Positions 28,778-37,710 of a DNA stretch of 64,000 bases are shown in pieces; position 1 is the stretch's first letter, and each line of letters begins with the position of its first letter. The notes beneath the pieces were generated by a model. It saw only the letters and a program-made list of their open reading frames with translations. It ran no database searches and was not told the DNA's origin. A program made the translations under genes and the position numbers. The DNA is from Tepidisphaera sp. (lineage in GTDB: Bacteria; Planctomycetota; Phycisphaerae; Phycisphaerales; UBA1924): assembly GCA_050916045.1 (NCBI GenBank), contig CP051526.1, forward strand, positions 1,920,001-1,984,000, written 5' to 3'.

Positions 28778-29248
28778 ATGGAAACCACCCTCATCATCCT
28801 CAAGCCCGACGCCGTTCAGCGGGGCCTCATGGGCAAGATCATCTCGCGGTTCGAGGACAAGGGCTTGCAGGTGGTCGGGGCCAAGATGATGCAGATCAGC
28901 CAGCAGCTGGCGGCGACGCACTACGAAGCCCACAAGGAGCGCGGGTTCTACGCCGGTCTGGTCAAGTTCATGACCTCGAGCCCGGTGCTCGTCCTCGCCC
29001 TTCGCGGCAACGGCGCGATCACGATCGCCCGCAACATGATGGGCGCGACGTTCGGCAGCAAAGCCAACCCCGGCACGATCCGCGGCGACTTCGGCGTGTC
29101 CAACTCGTTCAACCTGATCCACGGGTCGGACAGCCCGGAAGCCGCCGAGCGCGAGCTCAAGCTCTTCTTCGCCCAGGGCGAGGTGCAGAACTGGAGCCGC
29201 AACGGCGATGCGTGGATCTACGACATGGCCGGCGGGAAGCCGGAATAA
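28778..29248 (+). CDS. ndk: Nucleoside diphosphate kinase
   Basis: LKPDAVQR, PGTIRGDF, NLIHGSDS; AAGGAG SD. Confidence 0.97.
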   Translation: METTLIILKPDAVQRGLMGKIISRFEDKGLQVVGAKMMQISQQLAATHYEAHKERGFYAGLVKFMTSSPVLVLALRGNGAITIARNMMGATFGSKANPGTIRGDFGVSNSFNLIHGSDSPEAAERELKLFFAQGEVQNWSRNGDAWIYDMAGGKPE

Positions 29249-29295
29249 GCGTGAGTCGCGGGACCCCCGGACTCCACATTGACAGGATCTTGAAC

Positions 29296-29331
29296 CGCCG
29301 CCCGCGCGATCTGCGCGGGCGGCGTTCGTTT
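29296..29331 (+). terminator. Intrinsic terminator after ndk
   Basis: CGCCGCCCGCGC-GATCT-GCGCGGGCGGCG followed by TTCGTTT. Confidence 0.65.
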
Positions 29332-29351
29332 CGGGCCGATATGCTCCGGGC

Positions 29352-30419
29352 ATGAGACGCCCGTTTGCCGCTTTCCTCGTCGCCGCCGCGTTCGCACCTG
29401 TTTCGATCGCGTGGGACGCGGCGGGGCACGCGACGATCACCCTTCTGGCGCTGGATCGGTTCAAAGCGACGGCTCAGCCGCCGGCGTGGATCAACGAGGA
29501 AGCAAGCCGTGCGATGATCGCGTGGCAGTCGGGGGAGCCGGACCGGTGGCGTGGCTTGCGGACGCCGACGCTTCGGCATGAGAACGAGCCCGACCACTAT
29601 CTGGATGTCGAGGACCTCGAGCCGTTCGGGCTGACGCTCCGGACGGTGCCGATGCTGCGGAATGAGTACGTCAAAGCGATGGTGATCGCTCGCGAGAAGC
29701 ACCCGGAGAAGTTCAAGCCGATCAATCCCGCGATGGACCCGGCGAAGACGCAGGAGTATCCGGGGTTTGTGGCCCACGCGACGATGGAGCACTACGAGAA
29801 GCTCAGGTCCGCGATGAACACGCTTCGGATTGTGGAGAGCCTTGCGGACGCTTCGAGCGAGCGTCGGAAAGTGCAGATCGAGCAGACGAAAGCGAACATC
29901 CGGGTGGAGATGGGGCTGCTCGCGCACTTCGTGGGTGACACGGCGCAGCCGCTTCATACGACGACGCACCATCACGGGTGGGTCGGGGACAACCCGAAGG
30001 GGTACACGACGGATCGCGGGATTCACGCATACATCGACGGGACGATCGTGGCGTTTCACAAGCTGGGCTACGAGACGCTGAGGGCGGCCGGCGAAGCCAA
30101 AGCGGGGGCGAAAGCGGCGGGGGAGAAGCCGGTTGCGGAGGGTGGAAAGGCGGCGGAGCCTGCGGCCCGTGTAAGCGACATTCAGAACCCATGGTCGGAT
30201 GTGCTTTCGCACGTGGAGCGGAGTTTCGCGAAGGTCGAGCCGCTTTACGAGATGAAGAAGTCGGGCGAGCTCGAGAAGGAGGCCGGCAAGGCGTTCATCG
30301 CCGAGCGGCTGACGGACGCGGGAATGATGCTCGGGGACCTTTACGCGGCGGCGTGGAAAGCCAGCGAGCCGACGGAGGCGCAGATCGCGGACTACCTCAA
30401 GTACGAAGCAAAGCCCTGA
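29352..30419 (+). CDS. Secreted S1/P1 nuclease / phospholipase C superfamily protein
   Basis: Mature N-terminus W-D-A-A-G-H, HYLD, HFVGDTAQPLH and HAYID zinc ligands. Confidence 0.85.
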   Translation: MRRPFAAFLVAAAFAPVSIAWDAAGHATITLLALDRFKATAQPPAWINEEASRAMIAWQSGEPDRWRGLRTPTLRHENEPDHYLDVEDLEPFGLTLRTVPMLRNEYVKAMVIAREKHPEKFKPINPAMDPAKTQEYPGFVAHATMEHYEKLRSAMNTLRIVESLADASSERRKVQIEQTKANIRVEMGLLAHFVGDTAQPLHTTTHHHGWVGDNPKGYTTDRGIHAYIDGTIVAFHKLGYETLRAAGEAKAGAKAAGEKPVAEGGKAAEPAARVSDIQNPWSDVLSHVERSFAKVEPLYEMKKSGELEKEAGKAFIAERLTDAGMMLGDLYAAAWKASEPTEAQIADYLKYEAKP

Positions 30420-30496
30420 GAGGGCTTTGGCCGGGCACGAAACAGGATTTGGAGTTGGCTTTGGACGTCGGCGGGAGCGGCGAGCCGGCCGCGCGA

Positions 30497-30718
30497 TCAC
30501 TCGGCGGCGGCGATCGGCTTGATCGTGCCTGCGACCTCGGGTCCCTGGTGGACGATCTGGTCGGCGATCTCGCGGCGATGGATTTCGACGTCACGGGGGA
30601 AGTCGAAGGCGATGCGGACGCGCTCGCCCTTGACGGACGCGATCCGGACGATACCGATAGGGTTGCGGGGGTCGCCGATGACGACCTCCTCGCCTTCACG
30701 CCGTGTGATGACGAGCAT
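30497..30718 (-). CDS. csrA: Carbon storage regulator CsrA
   Basis: MLVITRREGE, VRIAFDFPRDVEIHRREI. Confidence 0.93.
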   Translation of the reverse strand: MLVITRREGEEVVIGDPRNPIGIVRIASVKGERVRIAFDFPRDVEIHRREIADQIVHQGPEVAGTIKPIAAAE

Positions 30719-30951
30719 AGTTTGGCTCCACCAATTCTCCGTCAGCCCAATCCGTGAGCCGACGCCACCAGCGACAATGTATACCCGATCTTCGGTTTCC
30801 GCCCAAGCAAAACTTCATCTGAAGTACGAATCCCGCCGGCGCTCGGTTCTGGTCAGGGTGTCGGGGCGGCGACAGCGGGGCGTAACCCTCGCCGCAGAAT
30901 CGGTTTGCGGCGGCGTCCGTCATGGAGGCGGAGTTCGGGCGCAGACGACGA

Positions 30952-30975
30952 ATTGTCTGTCGCATTGTCTGTCGC
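30952..30975. repeat. 12-bp tandem duplication ATTGTCTGTCGC x2
   Basis: Read directly; intergenic between the NifU-like gene and csrA. Confidence 0.85.
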
Positions 30976-31026
30976 AACAGCGATCCGAGGGCGCGTGAAG
31001 ATGGGATAGATCGGTCGAAGGCGGAG

Positions 31027-31278
31027 CTAGACGGCTTCGACCTTGCGAACCTCGGGGACGTGGGTCTTGAGGTTGCGCTCGATACCCACTTTCAGTGTGA
31101 TCTGGCTGGAGGGGCAGCCGACGCACGCGCCGTGCAAGCGGATGCGGACCGTTCCGTCGGGGGTGAGGTCGATCAACTCGACATCGCCGCCGTCGGACTG
31201 GATCGCCGGGCGGATCAGGTTGATCACCTTCTCCACGCGCTCGCGGACTTCGGGCGTGATGACGGTCGCTTGGCTCAT
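31027..31278 (-). CDS. NifU/NfuA C-terminal domain Fe-S scaffold protein
   Basis: IRPAIQSDGGDVEL, GACVGCPSS..TLK.GIE. Confidence 0.92.
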   Translation of the reverse strand: MSQATVITPEVRERVEKVINLIRPAIQSDGGDVELIDLTPDGTVRIRLHGACVGCPSSQITLKVGIERNLKTHVPEVRKVEAV

Positions 31279-31339
31279 CGGATGACTGTACGCGGGTGCA
31301 TCGCGGCAGGGCGGGCGGAGGGCAATACACTCAGGCCGC

Positions 31340-32863
31340 ATGAAAGCACGCTCCCGCTTGACCGTCATCGCGCTCGCCACCCTTCCCCTTCTCGCCGCGT
31401 GCTCATCCTCGCCGCGGACTCCTGACGACCCGGTCCTGGTCGCTCTGGACAACAAGCAGACGGCGGAGACGCGCGTGCAGGCCGTGAACGATGCTTTCGC
31501 GCGGGCGGTGACCGAGCCGGACCGCGTGGCGGTGCGTTCGGAGCTCACGCCGCAGCTTTGGTCGCGCGAAGCCCTTCCTGAACTGAAGCTTGCAATCGTG
31601 CGCGGGCTTCTGGCGGAGAAGGGCGAGAGGTCGCGGGAGGAGATCCGCGAGGAGCTTCGCCTGAACCTGCCGCTTCAGTCCAGTCGGATGGTCGTGACCG
31701 AGGTGTGCGCTGCGGCGGCGGAGCGTGGCTGGACGGAGTACGTGCCGGCGCTGGTCCGGACGTGGGCTCAACCGGTGCCGGAGATTCCCGATGCGGAACG
31801 GGTGGAGCGAGCGACGCTGCTGACGCTCGTCCCCGGGACGCCGGTTGAAGAGACGGTCTTCTCGGTGTTCATCAACCCGCCGGCGGATACGCCGGCGACC
31901 CGGCGCATGAAGCTCGAAGAGCGGTATCGCCTCGCGGCGTGGGAGGTTCTCTCGCGGCTGGATCCGTCCGGCGCGACGCGGCGGTCGCTTCTCGAGAAAG
32001 CGTCTACGTCGGCCACCCCCTCGCCGCTGGCGCAGGATCTGCTGGCTGCGGCTCGTGAGCTTGGCGTGATGCCCGCGTACGGGGAAGAGGCGCTGTGGGT
32101 GAGGCGGCTTCGGTCGCCCAGGTCCGCTGCCAACGCGGTGTGGTGGACGGAAGTGGTGGCGTGTGTGCAAGGGCTGAGCGAGGACCAGAAGCGCGGGCTT
32201 GCCCTCCGGCATCTTGAGCCGATCCGCTGGGCGAAGCTGAACAAGCCGGAATGGCTTTCGATGAACGCGGCGCAGCTGGGTGCGGTGCTGACTCAAAGGC
32301 TTGAGGGGCGTCCGATGTATGAGCCGACGGGCAATCGTCCGCTGGGCAAGAACAAGATCTCGGAGAAGCTTGAGGACGCGCTCCCGAAGATGACCTACGC
32401 GGACATCGTGAGCGTGCTTGTGGCGGATGAGGCGTTGCAGGCGGCCGGCGTTGCGGACAGTCTGCACACGTACGCCGGGTACGACCAGCGGGACACGAAG
32501 ACGGAGTACGGCGGGCTGCTCCAGGCCGTGGGGGCGGAGTCGAGCGGCGGGGCGAGCGGTGGTGGGGGGTTTATCGCGACGCTTTATGCGCCGCGGCCTG
32601 GGGATCGGTTCGACGATCGGCGGTTTGTGGCTTCGCAGGACATGATCGACGCTTCGGACCGTGCGCTGGTGCACTGGCACTTCCACGTCGCCGAGCGGAG
32701 CAATTCGTCGTACGCGGGGCCGAGCATGGAAGACCTGGACTACGCGACGCGTCAGGGGCGGACGTGCATGGTGCTGACGAGCGTGGACCGCGAGCGGATG
32801 AACGCGGATGTGTTCCTGCCGGGGAACCTGATCGTGGATCTGGGCGTGGTGGAGAAGAAGTAG
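31340..32863 (+). CDS. Lipoprotein with helical N-terminus and C-terminal JAB/MPN-like domain
   Basis: LAAC lipobox; EYGGLL...HFH...PSMED. Confidence 0.7.
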   Translation: MKARSRLTVIALATLPLLAACSSSPRTPDDPVLVALDNKQTAETRVQAVNDAFARAVTEPDRVAVRSELTPQLWSREALPELKLAIVRGLLAEKGERSREEIREELRLNLPLQSSRMVVTEVCAAAAERGWTEYVPALVRTWAQPVPEIPDAERVERATLLTLVPGTPVEETVFSVFINPPADTPATRRMKLEERYRLAAWEVLSRLDPSGATRRSLLEKASTSATPSPLAQDLLAAARELGVMPAYGEEALWVRRLRSPRSAANAVWWTEVVACVQGLSEDQKRGLALRHLEPIRWAKLNKPEWLSMNAAQLGAVLTQRLEGRPMYEPTGNRPLGKNKISEKLEDALPKMTYADIVSVLVADEALQAAGVADSLHTYAGYDQRDTKTEYGGLLQAVGAESSGGASGGGGFIATLYAPRPGDRFDDRRFVASQDMIDASDRALVHWHFHVAERSNSSYAGPSMEDLDYATRQGRTCMVLTSVDRERMNADVFLPGNLIVDLGVVEKK

Positions 32864-32878
32864 GGTGCGTCGAGCCGG

Positions 32879-33994
32879 TCAGGCTTCGTCGGACGAGACT
32901 GTTTCGGTGATGCGGCCTCCGCGGAGGCCGCCGGCTTGGTAGAGGTCGAACGCGGCGTGGACGGCTTGGGGGCTGGAAGCGGTGCGGACGGCTTCCTTGA
33001 AGGGTTTGACGCTGACGCGCTCGGGCTCCTTGCCGGGCTGGTCGCTGGGGTCGCGGGGGCCGATGATGCCCAGGCGTTTGGCGAACCATGAGACGCGGCG
33101 GTTGATCTGGAAGAGGGCGTAGCGGTCGTCGCGCTGGGCTCGCATGAGCTCGAAGTAGCGGCGCAGGTTCTCGATGATCTCGTGCTCGGTGGGCGTCGCG
33201 GGGATCGTGCCGGTCGTGAGGTACGACCAGGTGTCGCGGAAGATCCACGGGGTGGAGAGGGCGCCGCGGCCGATCATCACGCCGCTGCAGCCGGTCTCGC
33301 GGAGCATGCGCTCGGCGTCGTGCGGCTCGCGAACATCGCCGTTGCCGATGACGGGGATCCGGCCCGCGACGGATTCGACGACGCGGGAGATGCCTTCGAG
33401 GCGGACGGTGCCCTGGAACTTGTCTTCGGTCGTGCGGCCGTGGATGGTGACGGCGGCGACGCCGACATCGGCGAGCATGCGGGCCAGGTGCGGCGAGCAG
33501 GCTTGTCCGGAAAGGTGGTCCGTGGTGGACCAGCAGATCCGCATCTTGCAGGTGAGTGGGACGGGTGCGTAGCCCGCGGCGTGACAGGCTTCGAGGGTTT
33601 TGACGACGCGGGCGGCGATGGCGACAGCGCGGGGCAGGTCGGTCAGGAGCTTGCTGCCGCCGTCCTTTTTGGTGACCTTGTCGACGGGACAGCCCATGTT
33701 GATGTCGACGACGGTGGCTCCGTGTTCGACGGCCCAGCGGGCGCCTTCGGCCATGATGTCCGGGTCGCTGCCGTAAAGCTGCATGCCGACGGGCTTGTCG
33801 TAGCCGTTGGTACGGGCGAGATCGAGGCTTGTGGCGGTTCCGCGGAGGAGCCCCTGAGGGGAAAGCAGATCGGTGCAGGCGAGACCGACACCACCCCATT
33901 CACGGCAGATCGTCCTAAAGGAGAGATCGCAGTATCCGGCGATGGGAGCCAGGAGAAGCTTGGTCGCGAGTTGGACGGGACCGATCTTGAGCAC
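32879..33994 (-). CDS. dusB: tRNA-dihydrouridine synthase (DusB-like)
   Basis: LAPIAG, QLYG, DINMGCP, TIHGRT, GNGDV, GVMIGRG; GTG start inferred. Confidence 0.9.
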   Translation of the reverse strand: MLKIGPVQLATKLLLAPIAGYCDLSFRTICREWGGVGLACTDLLSPQGLLRGTATSLDLARTNGYDKPVGMQLYGSDPDIMAEGARWAVEHGATVVDINMGCPVDKVTKKDGGSKLLTDLPRAVAIAARVVKTLEACHAAGYAPVPLTCKMRICWSTTDHLSGQACSPHLARMLADVGVAAVTIHGRTTEDKFQGTVRLEGISRVVESVAGRIPVIGNGDVREPHDAERMLRETGCSGVMIGRGALSTPWIFRDTWSYLTTGTIPATPTEHEIIENLRRYFELMRAQRDDRYALFQINRRVSWFAKRLGIIGPRDPSDQPGKEPERVSVKPFKEAVRTASSPQAVHAAFDLYQAGGLRGGRITETVSSDEA

Positions 33995-34214
33995 GCTGAA
34001 TTCTAGGAGGCGAGGACGGACGGCCGTCTTCGGGGAGAGCCCGGTGCGGGGACGACGCGGGTCGCCTGCTCGCATGAAGCCTGGATGTAAGAACAATCAT
34101 GCAAGAATGAATGGCATAGATATGAGTTGCAACTGATGTCACCGTGGGCCATAACAGTCGGCTAGAGTGCATGGCGTCGTCGCGTCATCACGGTGCGTGA
34201 GATGGATTGGATTC

Positions 34215-35792
34215 ATGGACCCCGACTTTCGGTTGCTCTTCGAGTCGCTCCCCGGTCACTATCTGGTGATGTCGCCTGGGTTCGTGATCGTGGCCGTGTC
34301 CGACACGTATCTTGCCGCGACCAGAGCCGTGCGTGAAAGCGTTCTCGGAAAGCACATCTTCGAGGCGTTCCCGGACAATCCGGGCGACCCCTCCGCGAGC
34401 GGAAGCCGCAACCTGCGAGCTTCGCTTGAACGCGTCGTCGCGAGCGGAGAGGTCGACTTCATGGCGGTGCAGAAATACGACATCCGGCTTCCGGAGTCCG
34501 AGGGGGGCGGGTTTGAGGAGCGGTTCTGGAAGCCGGCGAACTACCCCGTCAAGGCTCGCGACGGCCGCTTGCTCTACATCGTTCACACTGTGGAAGACGT
34601 GACCGAGTTCGTCCGGCTTCGCGACGAGAATGCGGAACAGTTTCAGGCGCAGAAGCTCGAGAGTATCGGCCGGCTGGCGAGCGGGATCGCCCACGACTTC
34701 AACAACCTTCTGACGGTGATCGTGGCGGAGTGCAGCATGCTGGCCGGGGAACTCCCGCCGGAGGACAACCGGCAGGGGCGTGTGCGTGCCATCGTGGATG
34801 CGGCGAACCGCGCGGCTTCGCTGACGAACCAGCTTCTCGCGTTCGCACGCAAGCAGGTGATGGAGACGCGTCTGGTGGATCTCTCGGATGTGGTGAGGAA
34901 CGCGGTGCCTCTGCTTCGCCGGCTGATCCGCGAGAACATCACGATGCGTGTGGAGGTCAAGCCGGGGTTGGTGATGGCGGACACGGGTCAATTGGACCAG
35001 GTGCTGATGAATCTCGCGATCAACGCGCGGGATGCGATGCCGCAGGGGGGCGAACTGGCGATTGCGATCGCCCATGAGACCGTCGCCAACAATGATCGAC
35101 CGGCCGGACTGGCAACGGGCGACTATGTCGTGCTCGTGGTGCGTGACACCGGAGCGGGGATGCCCGAAGAGGTCCGCCGACGGATCTTCGAGCCGTTCTT
35201 CACGACCAAACACGCCGGCCGCGGCACGGGCTTGGGCCTCGCGACCTGCCACGGTATCGTCGCGCAGTTCGGCGGGGCGATCACGGTGGAGAGCGAGGCG
35301 GGAAAGGGCTCGACCTTCAGGGTGTATCTGCCGATGGCGACGCGGGGCCCGGGTTCGGGCCATCCGTCCGCGGTGGATGCTCCGAGCGGTCCGGCGATGG
35401 ACCCGAAGACGCCGGCGACGGTGCTTTTGGCCGAGGATGAGCCGATGGTGCACGACATCCTTTCGACGATGCTGCGTCGGAGCGGGTACACGGTTCTGGA
35501 AGCCCCCGATGGTGAGCAGGCTCTGGCGGTGGCTGAGCGGCATGGGGCGCCGATCGATGTGCTTGTGTCGGACGCGCTGATGCCCAAGCTTGGCGGGCAC
35601 GAGCTTGCCCGCCGGCTGATGGATCGCAATCCGGACCTGAAGGTCATCTTCGTTTCGGGGTACAACGACGAGTCGTTGATGAACTACGAGCCGTTGCGAA
35701 CCAGCATCTCGATGCTCCCCAAGCCGTTTGCGCCCAGCGCGCTGATCGCGAGGGTCGCGGAGATGCTGCGTCGGCGTCCCGGCGGGCGGTGA
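34215..35792 (+). CDS. PAS-domain hybrid sensor histidine kinase (HisKA-HATPase-REC)
   Basis: GIAHDFNNLL H-box, NLAINARDAM, DTGAG, FEPFFTTK, GTGLGL; REC with EDE, SDALMP, KPF. Confidence 0.95.
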   Translation: MDPDFRLLFESLPGHYLVMSPGFVIVAVSDTYLAATRAVRESVLGKHIFEAFPDNPGDPSASGSRNLRASLERVVASGEVDFMAVQKYDIRLPESEGGGFEERFWKPANYPVKARDGRLLYIVHTVEDVTEFVRLRDENAEQFQAQKLESIGRLASGIAHDFNNLLTVIVAECSMLAGELPPEDNRQGRVRAIVDAANRAASLTNQLLAFARKQVMETRLVDLSDVVRNAVPLLRRLIRENITMRVEVKPGLVMADTGQLDQVLMNLAINARDAMPQGGELAIAIAHETVANNDRPAGLATGDYVVLVVRDTGAGMPEEVRRRIFEPFFTTKHAGRGTGLGLATCHGIVAQFGGAITVESEAGKGSTFRVYLPMATRGPGSGHPSAVDAPSGPAMDPKTPATVLLAEDEPMVHDILSTMLRRSGYTVLEAPDGEQALAVAERHGAPIDVLVSDALMPKLGGHELARRLMDRNPDLKVIFVSGYNDESLMNYEPLRTSISMLPKPFAPSALIARVAEMLRRRPGGR

Positions 35793-35797
35793 GCGGG

Positions 35798-37597
35798 TCA
35801 GACGACGATGGCTTTCTTCACGAGTTCGACGAGTTGCTCGATCTGGAACGGCTTGAAGAGCACGCTTTGCAAGCCTTCCTGGCTGGCCCGGACAATGGAG
35901 TGGTTGGGGTCATAGCCAAATCCGGTCATGAGAATGACGGAGATCCTGGGCATGACCTTTCGGGCGGCGCTGAAGACCTCGTAGCCGTTGGCTTCGGGCA
36001 TCATGATGTCGCTGACGAGGAGGTCGAAGGGGGCGAGTTCGCCGCGGCCGACGGCGGCGACGGAGGCGAGGGCTTCGCCGCCGTGCTCGCAAAGAAAGAC
36101 ATCACAGCCGCGGTTTCGAAGGACATCGCCGATGATGCGGCGGATCTTGCTCTGATCGTCGGCGATGAGGATGCGGCGTCCGGCGAGGAGGGGGTCGACG
36201 GTCTTCTGCTCCATCGCACGCTCGACGCCGAGCAGGGTCGTCGGCCCTTCGGCGGCGTCACGGATGCGTCGGCGAATGGCGTCGACATCGGCGCGGATCT
36301 TGTCGATGTGGGGCTCGAGCTCGGACCCGACGCTCGACCCGGCGGCGGAAGCGATGGCGGCTGCGACGGTGCGGAGCACATCGACCTCGTTGCTGATGTC
36401 CCTGAGGGGCTCGTCGATCTCCTTCTCAAACCGGCCGGCGAGGGCGCGGTTGGTGATCGTGCGTTCGACGACGAGGAGGTCGAGCGTGTGCGTCGCCATC
36501 GCGATGTAACGGGCGAAAATCTCGCAGAGGCGGCGGTCGTCGTCGTTGAAAGCGGCGACCTGCTGGCTTTCGACGTTGATGATGCCGATGACGCGGCCCT
36601 GGTACCGCATGGGGACGGTGAGAGAACTCTTCGCGCCGTGAAGGCCGGGGAGGAAGAGGTCGTCGTTCTGCGCGTCCTTGCAGATGTAGCTTCGGCCGGT
36701 GGCGGCGACCCAACCGGTGATGCCGTTGCCCTCAGCGCGGGGATAGATCTCGAAAGCGTCGTACTCGCCGGGGAGGTTGTGCTTGATGACGAGTTCGAGT
36801 TTGCCGGTCTTCTCGTCGAGCAGGCGGATGGCGAAGTGGTCGAAGTTGAGGAGGTGCTTGGCGGCCTGGACGATGCGTGATTCGAGGGCCTGGAGGCGCT
36901 CGATCATGTTTTTGTCGCGGATCGTGTCGGTGTCGATCTGGACGAGGTCGCTGCCGGCCTGGTCGATCGCGTCGATGCGCTGGCGGAGCCGGGCGGCATC
37001 GGTGACGTCGCGGACGACGACGGCGATGGCGCGGGGCCAGGGGGGGGTGTTCGCGGCGGCGGCGGCTTCGGGTGTGCGAGCGGCGGGGGGCGGGATGATC
37101 GGCCTGGAGTCGACCGGGGAAACCATGACGTCGTAGATCCGGCCACCCGCGCCGGAACCAACGGCTCCGGCGGACTGGAACTCGCTCTTGTAGACCCGGG
37201 CCTGAGGGGGGATCTCATCCCCTGCCCGGAGGAACCGGCGAGCGGCGGCCATGGCGGTAGCACCCTCCTCGCCGATGCGGGTCAGCCGCTCGAGCGTGAC
37301 GGGGTCAAGGCCGTCGAAGAGGTCGTTGGCCCAGATCGACCGTCCCTTGTTGTCCGCCAGGGCGACACCCTCGCCCGTCGCGTTCAGGAGCGTCGCCAGA
37401 GACTCCAGCGGAGCCGACCGAACCGAGGGGGTGAGCCCGCCGATTGCTTCCTGAGAGGGGTCCTCGGGAGAGGGGGGCCGCTCGCCCAGGACCTCGACCT
37501 CGAACGCTCCGTGGAGGGCGGCGCGGACGACATCCACCGAGACGCCGGGTCCGGGCAGGATGATCAGCCGCGGGATGGATTGGTTGGAATCGGCCAT
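35798..37597 (-). CDS. GAF + response-regulator receiver protein with degenerate HisKA-like helix
   Basis: GITGWVA...SSLTVP..VIGIINVES GAF; ADD, SDIMMP, MTGFG, KPF REC; no HATPase motifs. Confidence 0.85.
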   Translation of the reverse strand: MADSNQSIPRLIILPGPGVSVDVVRAALHGAFEVEVLGERPPSPEDPSQEAIGGLTPSVRSAPLESLATLLNATGEGVALADNKGRSIWANDLFDGLDPVTLERLTRIGEEGATAMAAARRFLRAGDEIPPQARVYKSEFQSAGAVGSGAGGRIYDVMVSPVDSRPIIPPPAARTPEAAAAANTPPWPRAIAVVVRDVTDAARLRQRIDAIDQAGSDLVQIDTDTIRDKNMIERLQALESRIVQAAKHLLNFDHFAIRLLDEKTGKLELVIKHNLPGEYDAFEIYPRAEGNGITGWVAATGRSYICKDAQNDDLFLPGLHGAKSSLTVPMRYQGRVIGIINVESQQVAAFNDDDRRLCEIFARYIAMATHTLDLLVVERTITNRALAGRFEKEIDEPLRDISNEVDVLRTVAAAIASAAGSSVGSELEPHIDKIRADVDAIRRRIRDAAEGPTTLLGVERAMEQKTVDPLLAGRRILIADDQSKIRRIIGDVLRNRGCDVFLCEHGGEALASVAAVGRGELAPFDLLVSDIMMPEANGYEVFSAARKVMPRISVILMTGFGYDPNHSIVRASQEGLQSVLFKPFQIEQLVELVKKAIVV

Positions 37598-37710
37598 CGT
37601 GGGATCAGAGCGGTTGGCCGCAAGTGTAGATCACCACCCCGACCGACCGCAGGACGTGCTTTATCGGCACCCCGCGCTCACCGGCTCCAGCCGACCCCAT
37701 ACCCTTGGCC

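Noticed and set aside
34000..34214. AT-richer intergenic region with the palindrome AGTTGCAACT as an ncRNA or riboswitch
   Set aside because: Consistent with an ordinary divergent promoter; no recognisable RNA motif.
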